Origin: Octopus sinensis
Lineage: Eukaryota
DNA: 64,000 nt
Assembly (NCBI RefSeq): GCF_006345805.1
Contig: NC_043012.1
Span: forward strand, 19,344,001-19,408,000
Direction of reading: 5' to 3'
Every line of letters begins with the position of its first letter. The stretch's first letter is position 1. A program made the translations under genes and the position numbers. Under the pieces are notes generated by a model that saw nothing but the letters and a program-made list of their open reading frames with translations, ran no database searches and had not been told where the DNA came from. Below are positions 37,090 to 52,785 of this stretch, piece after piece.

Positions 37090-37700
37090 AATGAGAATAC
37101 AAAATAAAAAGGAAAACCTAAAAGAAAGACTTCTTTCAGTTTACTTGTGTACGAGTATATATTCTTGTATGAAAAACTTGCCGATACCTACCAAAAAGCA
37201 TTACCTAAAAACATTACTACAAAAGAGAGAAAACGTTATAAAAGGCTTCAGGTTGAAACGTTACCGTCAGGAAATGAAGAAAAGGGGAAACAGCCTGACA
37301 ACAAGTATGGAATACAGATGGTTAAACTTCGATCTCCCAACACAAAGCTAAATCTTTCGAAGATTGATCGGAAAAATAATATTCAACAAACGGACCAACA
37401 AATTACAGAAAGACCTAAAACAGAAAATGAACCACATGAAAACAAGTCCCAATATATCTGTAAAATCGGACAAAACAAATAACCTTTACCAGATAGGTAA
37501 AACCTGTTATAATCTCTTTCGTTGTATCGCAATATTGAACAACAAAGAGCATTTGCTGCTTTAAAAGATATAAAGACCACTGTCAAAGAACTATCAGCTA
37601 AGATTAAAATAGACGATAGAGTACACACATTAACAACAAAATTTCCGTCGTTTCTTCATGCAAGCACAAACTAACAAAAACATTAAAACTCTTCAAAACA
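37090..37700 (+). mobile_element. Penelope-like element ORF N-terminal relic (frameshifted)
   Basis: IIFNKRTNKLQKDLKQKMNHMKTSPNISVKSDKTNNLY and LKDIKTTVKELSAKIKIDDRV resemble the PLE pre-RT motifs (F....N.FQ..L...I..S.N..V.ADKT.N.Y; L..DDR). Confidence 0.7.
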
Positions 37701-37996
37701 AAAAGTTTGTTAATATCTAACCAACGCTCTTCTCTCAAACTACACCATATGCACCATATAACATCCTCAGAATATGAAACAAACAAAAGACTCTTACGGC
37801 TTTACAATTTTACACTAAACAATAACAGTAGAAGTTATATAGAAGCCTCCCTACATTCAACTAAACTCCTAACAATAGATTCTTTTAATCTAACAACACA
37901 AACCTACGTTTTCACACATAACATGTATCCTTGTACGCAAGAAAACTGAAAGAATTCTTTTGTATATTTTTGTATATTTTTTTATAATTATATTAT

Positions 37997-38412
37997 AGGC
38001 GCAGGAGTGGGTGTGCAGTATGTAGCTAGCTTACCACCCACATGGTTCCTGGTTCAGTCCCACTGCGTGGCACCTTGGGCAAGTGTCTTCTACTATAGCC
38101 TCGGGCCGACGAAAGCCTTGTGAGTGGATTTGGTAGACGGAAATTGAAAGAACCCCGTCGTGTATATGTATATATATATGTGTGTGTGTGTATATATGTT
38201 TGTGTGTCTCTGTTTGTCTCCCCCAACATCACTTGACAACCGATGCTTGTGGGTCTACGTCCCCGTAACGTAGCGGTTTGGCAAAAAGAACCCGATAGAA
38301 TAAGTAATAGGCTTACAAAGAATAAGTCTTGGGGTCGATTTGCTTGACTAAAGGCGCTGATCCAAAATGGCCACAGTCAATTGACTGAAACAAGTAAATG
38401 AGTAAAAGAGAG
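37997..38412 (+). mobile_element. SINE family B, full length
   Basis: tRNA-like head GGCGCAGGAGTGG...GGTTCAGTCCCACTGCG; ACCTTGGGCAAGTGTCTT (CORE-like); internal (TA)/(TG); tail ACTGAAACAAGTAAA(GA)n. Confidence 0.95.
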
Positions 38413-39239
38413 AGAGAGTATATTATATTTTCATTGTATACATGGATAAATACACACCTTCTATATCACATCCAGTTTAGCATATATCTAGAAAAGAAGA
38501 AATTTAATAAACAACAGCAACCAAACTCTACTTTTACAAAAGAGGAACCTTTAAACCCATGTACACTAATCAATTTGCTTATAAAGCAATAAATATATAG
38601 AGGAAACATTAATATAAAACCTTTACTCAAATATAACCTTGTATATTAACAGAGCCATGACAGGCCTGACGTATTTAACATTATGGAGATATTGTGTGTA
38701 TAATACAAGTGTCTGGTTAAACAGTTTACCAATACAAACAGTTGAAGAAATATCCACTGAAATAAAATAAATAACTGAATTTCGATGATAGTATATACAT
38801 CAGTAGTTTATACTCCGGTATGTATAAAGATTGTCCAAACATTGGCGAAAAAAAACGAAGTAACGTCATATCGAAAAAGCAAAGAGCAGATCAGTATTGT
38901 AGCTCACACGGGAATCTTCAGAATGGCAATCAACGTATAGTCTCTCGTCAGAGGAACAACTTGTAGCAGGGATGTGATTGGTATAGTCAGTGAGAGAATT
39001 TAGGATGTATGAGGGAGGCAGAAACGAAACTTAAAAGAAGATCAGTTTCCTACGATGGAAGTCTGGCTGTCGTTATAAAGCATTAATTCTACAGGGACCG
39101 ATCAATAGACATTTACACACACATAAACACACACAACACATCACACACATACACTCAGACACGCATGCACAGAGACACAACCACACCCATATATTCATGC
39201 ATACATCAGCGTACGCATACATATATATTCATTGTTGAC

Positions 39240-39377
39240 GACATATATATATAAATATATATAGAGATAGATAGATAGATAGTTAGATAGATCGATCGAT
39301 CGATAGATAGATAGAATATATAATATTAATTCAGTTATAAATCTATAAACCGATATATATATATTATATGAGTCAAG

Positions 39378-39432
<55 letters not shown>

Positions 39433-39436
39433 TAAG

Positions 39437-39503
<67 letters not shown>

Positions 39504-39570
39504 CATGCGTGTGTGCGTGTGTGTGTATGTGTGTGTGTCCGCGTGTGTGTGTGTGTGCGTCTGTGTGTGT
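39240..39570. repeat. Compound (GATA)/(TA)/(TG) microsatellite region
   Basis: Direct reading. Confidence 0.93.
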
Positions 39571-40348
39571 GATTTGACAGTTTATACATGTGAAAAAAAG
39601 AGCGAAAACGCATTCTGAGTCATTGGCTTTGATGTCATGACACAAATATGCATTACTAAATGTATCACTGAATAAAAAGACAACACGTTTGATGCGTTCA
39701 AAAGACGAAGCACGATATTATTTTTTTCATCTCTAAAGCATATTATCAATGCAAATATATGGATATATGAGTGTGTCGCTTAGTATTTATCTCATGGAAT
39801 ATGTTTATAATTAACATATATCGGTTACAGCCTGAGTAAAAACATCATCAAGTTTTAATAAAAGCTACAACATAATATGAAAATATATGTAAAGAGCTGA
39901 CGTTAGTAAAAGATGCGTTGAACTATGCCAGATATATAAATATGCAAAAATCTCAAAACAATTATTTGCACTTTTACAATAACGCATCATAAACAGTTTT
40001 TTTTTGGTTGTTTGAATGACTATATAGTATACGTTCTTACGTTAAATATATGTGTGTCTATGAGTCTTTGCGTGTTTGTTTGAGTGGGTTTATATATAAA
40101 TATGTGCAAATTTATACATATTTATTTATTTATAAAGATATATATCTATTCATATCTATCTATCTCTAACACCCACTCTCTCTCACTCTCTCTCGGTATA
40201 TATATATATATATATATATATGCAGACATATATATAAGATATATATCTATTCATATCTATCTATCTCTAACACCCACTCTCTCTCACTCTCTCTCGGTAT
40301 ATATATATATATATGCAGACATATAGATATGTATATATATATATATAG

Positions 40349-40379
<31 letters not shown>

Positions 40380-40475
40380 GATATGTATATATATATATAT
40401 TATATATATATATATAGATATATATATATATATATATAATATATATATATATAATATATATATATATAATATATA

Positions 40476-41816
<1,341 letters not shown>

Positions 41817-42649
41817 ACAGGATACCTTACACACGCTAATATATGAATCAATGTACGTGTACTACAATATAAGAAGCCATGTCGTACATGCTGGAAGTTA
41901 CATGATAATTATGAAGTCCAGCTGAGAGTCAAGATATCATGAAAGAAGTTTGTGTCTCGGAAAGAAGAAACAACAACTTTAGAATATTTAACAAGAATGT
42001 ACGGCGAAAAATATAGTAACAAAACGAATAACGTTACCAAACAACATCTTTCGGAGTGAGCCGAAAACAATCAGTAAATATGTACAACAAAATGTAGAAA
42101 TTCATAGAAAATTGACAAGAAAATATTAATAAAAAATTATCTTCTCTATCCAAAAGAAATCAGCAAAGGTATATATTTTCCATATACTAATGAAACCAGC
42201 AGTTTAACAACGCAAGATAAAGAAATAAGCATCATTGTATAGTATTTGAATTCGGTGTTCTCCTAATGAGTATGTCAAGATAATTTTTTTGCCTCGAGTC
42301 GTATGGCCAGATTGAATAAAGACTTAATGATGAATGCTCAATATTACAGCAGAAATATGTAAATATACATATACAAATATATACACACACACACACATCA
42401 CACACACGCACATATATATATATATATATATCTACATATATACATATATGATTATATAGAGATATAGATAGATAGATATTTATTTACATAAAATATATAT
42501 GTAGACAGTTTTATAGCAGTGTGGTGCAAGTGCATGAGAGTGTGAATGCAAAATATTTTTGCTTGCTTGCAGATTTGTACTTTTCTATTGAAATGCTATC
42601 GAAAAATTAAATTACGTGTCCGAATATACGAAAGGTATATATGGAAGCA

Positions 42650-42692
<43 letters not shown>

Positions 42693-42700
42693 TATATATA

Positions 42701-42780
<80 letters not shown>

Positions 42781-42803
42781 ATGCATACATACATACACAC
42801 ACA

Positions 42804-42845
<42 letters not shown>

Positions 42846-42869
42846 TATGTATATATACAAATACATATA

Positions 42870-44810
42870 CACACTCGCGCACTCGGTACTGTTCCCAACC
42901 GAACTGTTAGGGAACTCACACATCCCACGAGTGCGCTTACTGAACATCGGAGGATTAACAGTTAGTGAGAGACCTCGTTGCCTGCAATCAAGCATTATGC
43001 ATACCAGTTACGGGAACACACCTAAAAACAGATCTAGGAAATGCAGAAATACACATACTACATTATGTTGCATTACGGACCGAAAGAAAAGAAAGGAGTT
43101 ACAGTGGAGTTTCTATGTACATCGGCGAAGACCTTACAGTCCAGGCCCTTTTGTCACACTCAAATTCAGTATGTGACACTAATTGCACGTATAAGACTAC
43201 TCGATGTAGCTATATGTAATATACATCGTCCTCCAGATGCTCCGAATCACGCAGACAAGTCTGGAGCCTGCCTTACAGAAATCGAAATTCTAGTTACATT
43301 AGAACAACACATAAGTGTATTTCTTACGGGAGATTTCAATCTGCACAGCGTCTGATGGTCTGAGGGCTTTTATCTCTCAGGAATGCAGGAATGGAATGTT
43401 GCGAACAAGGGCAGGTGAAGGACAGGTGAATCTCCTCAACACATTTTACATGGAACAAATAATACTCCAATCAACCAGGGCAGCTAATATATTGTATCAC
43501 TGCTTCACAAATAATATGGTTCTTTTGCATAACGTGAAAGTGACACCGATGCTGCTCTCGGATAACAGTGTGGAAGAGCCTCTCGGATAACAGTTTGGAT
43601 AGCAGTATGTAAGTGAGTCCTAGTAATACCACTGCAGTCTCTCTTTCAGAGCTTTCTTGCAACTGGCAAACATCCAAGGAATGCGAAGGAAAGGAAAATA
43701 TGCCCCATCCATGAAGGTGGTTGCAGAGAAGAGGCCACACACTACAGACCTATCGGTCTGCCCACGCATATCACCAAAGTCATGGAACGAATAGTCAGAA
43801 GGAAACTAATCACCTTCCTTAAGAAAAAGGACTTGCTGTCTGACACACAACATCGTTTCCGACCAGGAAGAGGCTGCCTGACTCATCTCTCACTGAAATG
43901 ACTTCGTATTGAAACAGCTCCTAAACCATTGAAATTTGGATGTGATATATCTCGACTTTGCAGAGGCTTTCAGTAAAGACGAACATGGAATTTTAAGTCA
44001 CAAACTACGTGATTTAGGCATAGTCTGGAAATTGGGAGAATGGCTGCATGGCTTTCTGGAAAATAGACGTCAAGCAGTAGTAACCAATGGGGTCACCTCT
44101 AATAACACGCAAATAGTGAGTTGTGTCCGCAAGGCACTTTTCTGGAATTTCTACTGTTCATAACAGAGCCACTATCACAAGTTATGCAGATTCTGCAAAA
44201 GTCTCACAGGTGGTACACCTTCTTGAGGAGGCTATGCACCTGCAATGTGAATTAGATGAAATATACAAGTGGGCTAAGAAGAATAGCGTGCAGGTTAACA
44301 CTGAAAAGTTTCAGGCCTTGTGCTATTAGCATGCAAAGCTAAATGCAATACCAATTAAATACACTGGACCTGGAGGGATTGCAATCCCAGAGACACAGTC
44401 AGTGCCATACCCTGGCATTTACACGGGTAATCATGCATCCTTCCACGTGCATGTTGCTAAGTTGGCATGGGAATGCATGAAGCTGACCGGATAGATTCCC
44501 AGAACGTTTAGAAAGGGAGATCATCAAAGCATGACGGTCTTCTGGGGAACAATTGTCCTAAACCGTTTTGACTATTGCTCTCAGCTATGGTCCCCAACAT
44601 TGTAAAATTAATTGCAGATCTTGAAGCAATCCAACGAAGCTACACGAAGAAGACAGTCTCTATACAGCATACACACTACTGGGAAAGACTCAAGAAAATG
44701 TGACACTGTTCCCTGGAGCAAAGGCGGGAAAGATACGTCGTAATATACATGTGGAAGATCTTGAAGGGATTTGTCCCACACTTTGGTATAGGAGGTACGC
44801 TAACTGTGTG
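42870..44810 (+). mobile_element. CR1/L2-type LINE ORF2 relic (APE endonuclease + RT), internally deleted and frameshifted
   Basis: LLNIGGL, NIHRPPD, TGDFN (43329-43340), TR..NIL...FTNN...LSD; RT YRPI (43743), DVIYLDFAEAF, YADS, FDYCSQLWSP, LEQRRERY. Confidence 0.93.
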
Positions 44811-45768
44811 AATTATTGTTGGTCAATTATTGTTGGTATGTCACGATAATGTCATGAGAATAGCAAATGTCAGCTCTGCTTGGAAGAAACATTCGATATC
44901 CTTAAATCTAAACGCAAAAATTAAATAGCAATGAAATGTGTTTATCTTTATGGATACGTTTTAAATTATATTTAAATATTTTCCAAATTAGTAAGTTTAA
45001 TTTGATGTAACCTAAATAAAAGGGCATATTAGTTAACGAAGTCAAAAACTTACATATATAAATATAAAACATATTGTACCCTATTTACAATAGTCTAAAA
45101 CCCCAACTGCACGGATATCATCACAATAATATTCTTTCCAACGTAATGAAAATTAATGTTGGGTTTTTCCTTCACTTTATACAATTTAATACACATTGCA
45201 AATTTAATATTTAGAAAATCTAAAATTGTATGGGTATGGACAAGATAAATTATTCATGTGAAAAAATACAAATTTTCTGTTTCGTTTTCCAATAATTCTA
45301 TGCACTCACATAATGTTATATCGTTCGCAAATTATATCTTTAATACATGCGCCCAAATGTGTGAATACATTCTGGTATAGTGCATATGCAATTTACAACA
45401 ATTAATAAACTAATCTATTCCCTTAATGTATAATAATGTCATTCAAATATTAAATGAAACCAGCATTATGGGCATATCAAATGTCACTAATATCTCCAAT
45501 GTTTCTTTAAACTGATATTTCATGTCCTCTCACCAAAAGTATATTTTCATAATGAATATTTAATACATAAATATTCAGTTCGCTTCACCCACCTGTACAG
45601 GTAACACCACGAATAGAGTCGTATGGGATTGTCAACATTTAGTTTTGAATATGTTTTAATTGATTGAATATTAATGACAAAATTGAATATGAAGAAAATA
45701 CGTTACTAAATACATTTTGTAGAAGTACAATTCTTTATTGCTCATTATGATCTCTTCAAATTTTATAA

Positions 45769-45829
<61 letters not shown>

Positions 45830-46555
45830 CACACGTATGTACAGTTTGGCAGGCAATAGAAAATAGACGCCATGTTCTATTTTGCGCCAAGACCGATTCG
45901 GTTGCCTGATCCTGTGTTTTTCTCTCTTATTTAGAAGTTTGAGTACTTTATGTTCATGCAACCGATTCGCCGATTTTAAAGATAATTTATAATATATTTT
46001 GTAGCATTCATTTAATGAATTTTTTTCCTTGATATAGGTGATTCTACTGTAGTAGAAAATATTAAAATAACAGAGATGATAGAATAGTACGTCAAATAAT
46101 GTATTCGTATGACATCAGATAGACTATTATGAGAGGAGATATAGAGGGAAGAGGAAAGGATGGTGCAGAGCAATAATTAATGAGGTTTATTTCAATACTG
46201 AAAGGATGAATGAATCAAGTAATATGCGTAGAAATCAGTGTTGTAACAGAGCATCCATCTTTTCATCGTATGTACAGTAAATGATTTGTGCACGGGGCCG
46301 AAATATGTTCGTAAGAGTATGGAAGATTGTCAAAATCCCATGAATATTTATTTTTTGAAAGGTTATGCTATTATGAAAATAGTAATCTTACTATATATTT
46401 TCAGGTTAATCTCCTCTGCGCGTCAACTTAGTCAAATATTTTGGTGTATTTATACTCTAGCTCCTGGTTATCTGTCTATATATGTGTCTGTGTGTATGTG
46501 CGTATGTGTGAATGTGTGCGTGCGTGTATGTATATATATATATATAATATATATA

Positions 46556-46591
<36 letters not shown>

Positions 46592-46654
46592 AGAGAGAGA
46601 GGGGGGGAGAAATATATAGAAATATATACATGTGTGATCAAGGTTTGTTTTTGT

Positions 46655-46745
46655 ACCCCCATTCCTCGGCAGTCAGTGTTTGTTTACGTCGGTTTAACAT
46701 AGCACTGCCTCAAAGAACACCGATAGAGTAAGTACAGAAATTAGT
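46655..46745 (+). mobile_element. SINE family B 3' fragment
   Basis: GTGTTTGTTTACGTC...AACATAGC...ACCGATAGAGTAAGTAC aligns to 38250-38310. Confidence 0.6.
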
Positions 46746-46813
46746 AAAACATTTAAAGGGATAAAGTACAAAAGCTACTTAAATACGTATATTCATACAC
46801 ACACTCATTGTTA

Positions 46814-46849
<36 letters not shown>

Positions 46850-48494
46850 CACATAGATATATATGCAGAGAGTGAGGGAGGAAGAGAGTAAGAGAGAGGA
46901 GGAGAGGGTAAACGATATAATACATAATAGTATTCAATGTTATATTCCATACTTAGAGGATACTGCTACAGATACCATGCATCGTTTAATTCCTGTTTTA
47001 ATAGTTAGAACATCGAGAAAAACTATTAGGAAGATATCTTTTGACATCACATGACAAGTATGCAATTATATTTTGAACTTGACTCAAATCACGTGCTTTT
47101 TTTAATGTAAATTTCATGAAAAATTGGAAATATAAAAATTAATGTTTCGACATAATTTGAAAAGAACTCATCAATTTTCTTTCTGACCTTTTCGTATTAC
47201 GGAATGGAATAAAACATCAGTAAATGTATTAGTTCAGTTTTTGTTTATTTCTTTTACTAAGAATGGATATTTTAAATATATTTACCATTTAATCTTTTTT
47301 TATTGTTAACTGATTTTAATTTTCAATTTGTATTTTGATTTTAATATTAATTCTACTTGAGTCTCTTATTCTAGAATCAATTTATTGGTTTTGTTTCCAA
47401 AATGAAGTCTATGTTTTTTTAATATTCTAATCTGTATATGTTTATATATAAATTTATTACTACCTTTAAATTGATGAACTCTTCTGTATGAATGAGCTTC
47501 TTGCCGCTGTGATTGGATTCCATGCACCTTCGTACTGTCGTTCTACACAATGCACAAACAACTCTAATAAAAGAGCACACACGACTGCATATACACGCTT
47601 GTAACTGTGGCCACTCACAATTTGATATAAATGTATGTATGCGCCTGTGCATTCATTATTAAATATAATGCAATACCACCGACGCTATTCTATCGGAAAT
47701 CTATTTTTTAAATCAGCGCCGACATAGAAATGAATTTAAAACAGAAAAGAAATTGAACGCATGAATTAAGTAAATAGCCAATAAGAAAAGAGCAAGCGAT
47801 ACTCACCACTGATGGCATAAATGAAACAAATAAATATGCACAGGCATCTTTTCATTGAAATATCGTTTTAAAATAAAATTATTTGCCTGGATTTTATGAG
47901 AAAATTATAATTAAAAACAACGATGTATTATATTCGAATAAGAAATGCTTCACAATATAGATTCTCTCAGTCGCCGCTTACATATAAGTGAACACAGGAT
48001 ATTCTACTGTATTTATTTGTACTCTAAGTTTAATTGCTTTTCGTAGATCGATGAAAATATATCTCGATATATATCAACCTTCTATCAAATCACTTCTATT
48101 TCGTACAATGTCCTAATTACTATGATGTTTTGAAGTACATTTTCGGTTTAATAAAAATAGGTAATTTTTTTAAGGTAAAAAATTATTATTGTATCATATG
48201 TGTAAGATAGCAATCGGTAAGAAGATCGAAACGAGTTCATTTGTGCTCGGGTATACTTGTTCCGTCTCCTAACATACTGAACTTTGAGGTCAGCTATGCA
48301 TATTATAATTTACGGGTCAATAAAATAAATTACAACTTTAATACTAAGATCGATGATGTCCATTATTCTTTCATCATTCATAACTATTTACCTAATACCT
48401 AAATTAGAGACCACATTCGTTACAGGTACTAGTTTCGGGTAGAACGAACGGTAAAACCTCTTCACGCATACCACCTTAAAATTAGACTTTATAG

Positions 48495-48887
48495 AAGTAG
48501 CCGTGCGTGTGCGGTAAGAAGTTCGTTTCCCAGGAAACATGGATCCGGGTTCAGATCCACTTACGGGCAACTTGGGCAGGTTCCTTCCACTATAGTCTCC
48601 AGCCGACTAAAGCCTTGTAAGTGGATTTGGTACGTCGGTCGTATATGTGTGTTTGTTAGGGTCTGGGTCTCTTTTCGTCTGTGTCTGTGATTCCCATCCT
48701 CCGCATTACGACTTGGAAACCAGTGTTGGTGTGTCTACATCCCTGCATCTTGGTGGTTCTGAATAACTACCAAGCATAAGAAGAATATGTACTGGGATTG
48801 ATTCGTTCGACAAAAATATCCCTTGAAGGTGGTGCCCCAGATTGGCCGCAATATAATGATTGAATCAGCTAAAAAGTAAAAGGTAAA
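48495..48887 (+). mobile_element. SINE family B, degenerate full length
   Basis: GGATCCGGGTTCAGATCCAC...AACTTGGGCAGG...CCGACTAAAGCCTTGTAAGTGGATTTGGTA...GGTGCCCCAGATTGGCCGCA. Confidence 0.88.
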
Positions 48888-50109
48888 TTCATGCACGTTC
48901 AATTGCATTAACATTTTATCTGTCTCTATTTAAGAAACAATTTTGGATAATCCTAATTTATAAAACCATTATTCCCGTATGTAGGGGCTGAATGTTTTAA
49001 CGTTTTATTTTCTTTGAGGTTTTGAAATAATCCCATTCAAATTTATTTATAGTTTTCGGTAGAAATAAGTAAAATTGGGAAATTATATTTTTGGGATACC
49101 ACTATAATTTCCCTCCATTGAAAATAAGATATATATAAAAAAAAAGAATAAAACACTTGAATATATATAAAATATAGAAAAACATGCGGTATCCTTTTAA
49201 GTAATGATACGTCATTTTGTTTCTGTAATATGCTTAAGTAACACGAGGAAAAAGAAAAGGAACGGAAAGCAATGTATTCCTTCAAAAGACCTCGAATTCA
49301 TTATAAGAAAGTACAAATTCAACGTTAAACGCGAAACAGAAAGAAGAATGCTGGTGAGCGCTTAAATTTAGAATAAGAAATTGAAAAGTTGTACCGAACG
49401 TATCATGATTAACAATTGAATTATAAACATACTTATTTTATTATTAGATGATATATAAAGGAAAACATTTACAGTAATGAAATGTCATTTGCGAGTTTTA
49501 CTTATTATTTCTTTTGATGAATTAACAGTGGTGAAGTGAATCATGCTAATTATCTTGCTAAATGAGAAATATAAAATTGAAAATACATACAAACAACCAT
49601 GTTAATCTACTTATATTGAATAATAGATAACTTCTCAACGATTAGATATCTAGCAATGTTGTATTGTTTATTTTCTTATTTTAAATATATATTTTAAAAA
49701 TCTGACTTCAACAGTGGCCGTTTATCTGATTTTAAATGTAAGCTTTTAGAAGTAACTCATTTATATTCCTTTTTATGGGAGAATATATAATTAAGTAGAA
49801 TTTATATTAGTGTGTTGATGATATATTATTATATAGAATTTTCCTCCTCGATACCGAAACCCATTGCTTACTATAAGAGGATGATATAAACATGGTAACA
49901 TTTAGATAAGAAAGCATCAATTTGTCTTCCGTCATAGTACCTTCGGATTTCGCTGTTTAAAATAAGCAGTTTCTAAATACATTTTAAAGATAACAACACT
50001 TCTCGATATAACCTTACAGATTTACGACAAAATTGTACACTTCTCTAGCTTGCTTCACTTTCTAGCAAATACGCAAAGTATCGTTTTATTTTGTTATGAA
50101 ATTTTACTA

Positions 50110-50256
50110 CAAAGTCGTAAGCCGTCCGTCTTTACGTTCTGATTTCAAATACTACCGAGGTTCTTCATCATTTCACGGTCGATAACATAAGTACCAGTTG
50201 ATGTAATTGACTCAAACTCTTTCCCGAAATTACTGGCCTTGTGCCAAAGTTTGAAG
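50110..50256 (+). mobile_element. SINE family A fragment
   Basis: CTTTACGTTCTGATTTCAAAT...GGTCGATAACATAAGTACCAGTTG...GGCCTTGTGCCAAAG. Confidence 0.8.
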
Positions 50257-50689
50257 TTAACATGTTTCCTCATAATCTTTACTTTCCTCCTGATTTTATC
50301 TTTGCATGTTACATTATCAAAGTAAATTAGCCATAGCGCACAATATAAATATTTCCTCGTGTACATCGAGTTCTTCGGGGTCAAATAATATGTCTTGAAG
50401 GAGACACGTGAAAAAATAAGCTTAAATTGCCGTATGATACTTCTTTTTACAGCTCCATTTATGCAAAGAAGAATGTTGTTTGTCTTGGTTGAAAAATGAC
50501 AAAAATATCTAGTTTGCACTTTGTCATAAATAAGACAGGGATTACCGAATTTTACTGTCGTGCATTAACGTACATTAACGTACAACTGGTCAGCGTAATA
50601 CACCCCAAATAAATTCTGATAATAGTATGAATAAAAATACAATCCATGTAGTGACGTTTAAAACTTGGAAGGAAATGTAACAGAGCTGT

Positions 50690-50790
50690 GTCATCGGAAT
50701 CGATAAATTCAGTACCAGTCAAACACTATGGTCCATGTGACCGACTTTATCCCGATCTCTAAATCTGCTGCTTTTGTGTCAACATGCGAA
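50690..50790 (+). mobile_element. SINE family A 3' fragment
   Basis: TCGATAAATTCAGTACCAGTCAAACACT. Confidence 0.6.
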
Positions 50791-52751
50791 GCCACTATCT
50801 ATGTCCAGTTGACTGAAAAGTCAAGGATAATGACATGATCATATTTTTAGATTTTTCGGGTTATGTTTGAAAATTTTATCCAAAAATCCCTGAAAGCGTA
50901 GCCTGTGTTGTATCTGTATGGAAAGATAGTCGCTCACCTGCTACTCATTCAAAAGTGAAGGAAATTGGAATACAATGGTTACTTAATGCAGTTTATATAT
51001 ACACTAAATACTTTTTGCACAATTTTATGGACTTTAATACACAACACTCATAAAATGAACATTCAGTCTTATTTTTCCCTTTTTTCCAAAAAAAAAAAAT
51101 ATATATATAACTCGTACATATGATACGAGCTTTAGTTAAATTGCATATATTTGTCACGTACATAAGCATGAATATTTCACGGAATTGCACTTATGCGCAC
51201 GCGTAAAGTTATAGGTGATTTAAAAACAAGTTCAGTAAAAAAAATACACTTTTCACAATGTAATCCCCACTACCCCCACACACCATCGCCACCTCTCTCA
51301 ACCTTCTTCACTCTCTTCCTCTTTCTTTCTTTTTCGCTCTCCCTCTTTATTTCTCCCTGTTTGTCTCTCACTCATCATTTTATCCTCTTTTTTGTATGTT
51401 TTACTTTCTCATCTCTTTCCTTTCAACTAATTACGTGAAAGCTTTACAATCACATTCCCTCTACCTCACGTCAGGTACGCTTCTCTTTCGCTCTTTTCTT
51501 TCTCCCCCTTATTCTCTAATCACATGAAAGCGTTACTGACGGGATAAGTAACGGAATGACAAGCAGGATTATTATAATATAGATTACACGAATTATTCTT
51601 TTAATAACGTTGTCGCATCAAGTTAGAAGATTCATATAGCAGCGTATTTTAAAACTGCTTGCTTAAATATATCGTAATAAAATCAATAATGTAAAATGAG
51701 ATTTTTTTAAAGAAAACACCGTATAATGTTTATACTTTAATAGTTATTGTCAATCACAATGAGGCAAAAATTCAGAGGTTAGGATTAGTAAGACAATCCT
51801 TGTTACCCTGAATATCAATTGGTAAATTTTTATCAATTCTAAGGTACAGATATGTCAGTTGTTTCCTCTGGTGTAACCGCAATTATTGTAGTTTTACCAA
51901 GCGTTTTGTTACCGGACCATTTCTTAACAGGTTTACCGGTGTTTGGCAGTGATTAAGGCAAAATAGCTTCCGAGACACCATTCCAGTGTTCTCAAATGAA
52001 ATTAAATCCCGAAAGTCACGCAAAGTTACATTGTAAAAATGCGTATATGTATGGGTACTAATCTTTTCGCAAACCAAGTGTCGTGTATTCCTGGAGATCA
52101 TATTTATCTGATTTTTGATGAAAACTTGGCTACATATTGGTTACAGATGAGAGAGGTTTCTTGCAAACTGCCAGGAATCCATCGGTTTTAAAACAACAGA
52201 AACATCAATATCCAAGTATTCCCCCAATACGAAATGGAAGACTTGCAGAGAAAATGAACTTGCAGTCATTTCCGAAAAAAAATTGTCAATAAGTCATTAG
52301 ACGGCGTTGAGCGAAGATGAACATAATTGAAGTATTTATAAAGATAAATAACAGAAATATATGTATGACACTTATCTACTGCCACAGGTGATTAAGAGTA
52401 TACCTAAAAATGACGCTTTCGTTCTCAGCTCCGGCGCATGTAGGTGATATGAATAAAGAAGTTTAAAATCTAATGCCTCGTGCGATTTTAACAGATATTT
52501 TCAGTGAATGCAATAAATAAGAAGTTCCAATAATGCCCAGAAACTCTCGCACGCCAACAGGTGCACATTGAGATACAGCTTTCTCTATATGTAAACACGA
52601 GTAAGCATTTTCATATCAGCTGATCGATTTTTAGAGAGAAATAAAAAAATGGAAATTGTAGAGTTTTATTTTGAAAATACAAGCTTTGCTGATACGAAAT
52701 ATGTAGGAAGCTAAACAATTGTAAAACTCCACAAAATCTATACCGAAACGC

Positions 52752-52785
<34 letters not shown>

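Noticed and set aside
37997-38075. tRNA gene at SINE heads
   Set aside because: A/B-box-like motifs are present, but there is no cloverleaf and the sequence continues into the SINE body; these are tRNA-derived SINE heads.
38410-38800. Continuation of the PLE ORF after the SINE (SHP-like and RGNI-like strings)
   Set aside because: Similarity is too weak and fragmented to assign by eye.
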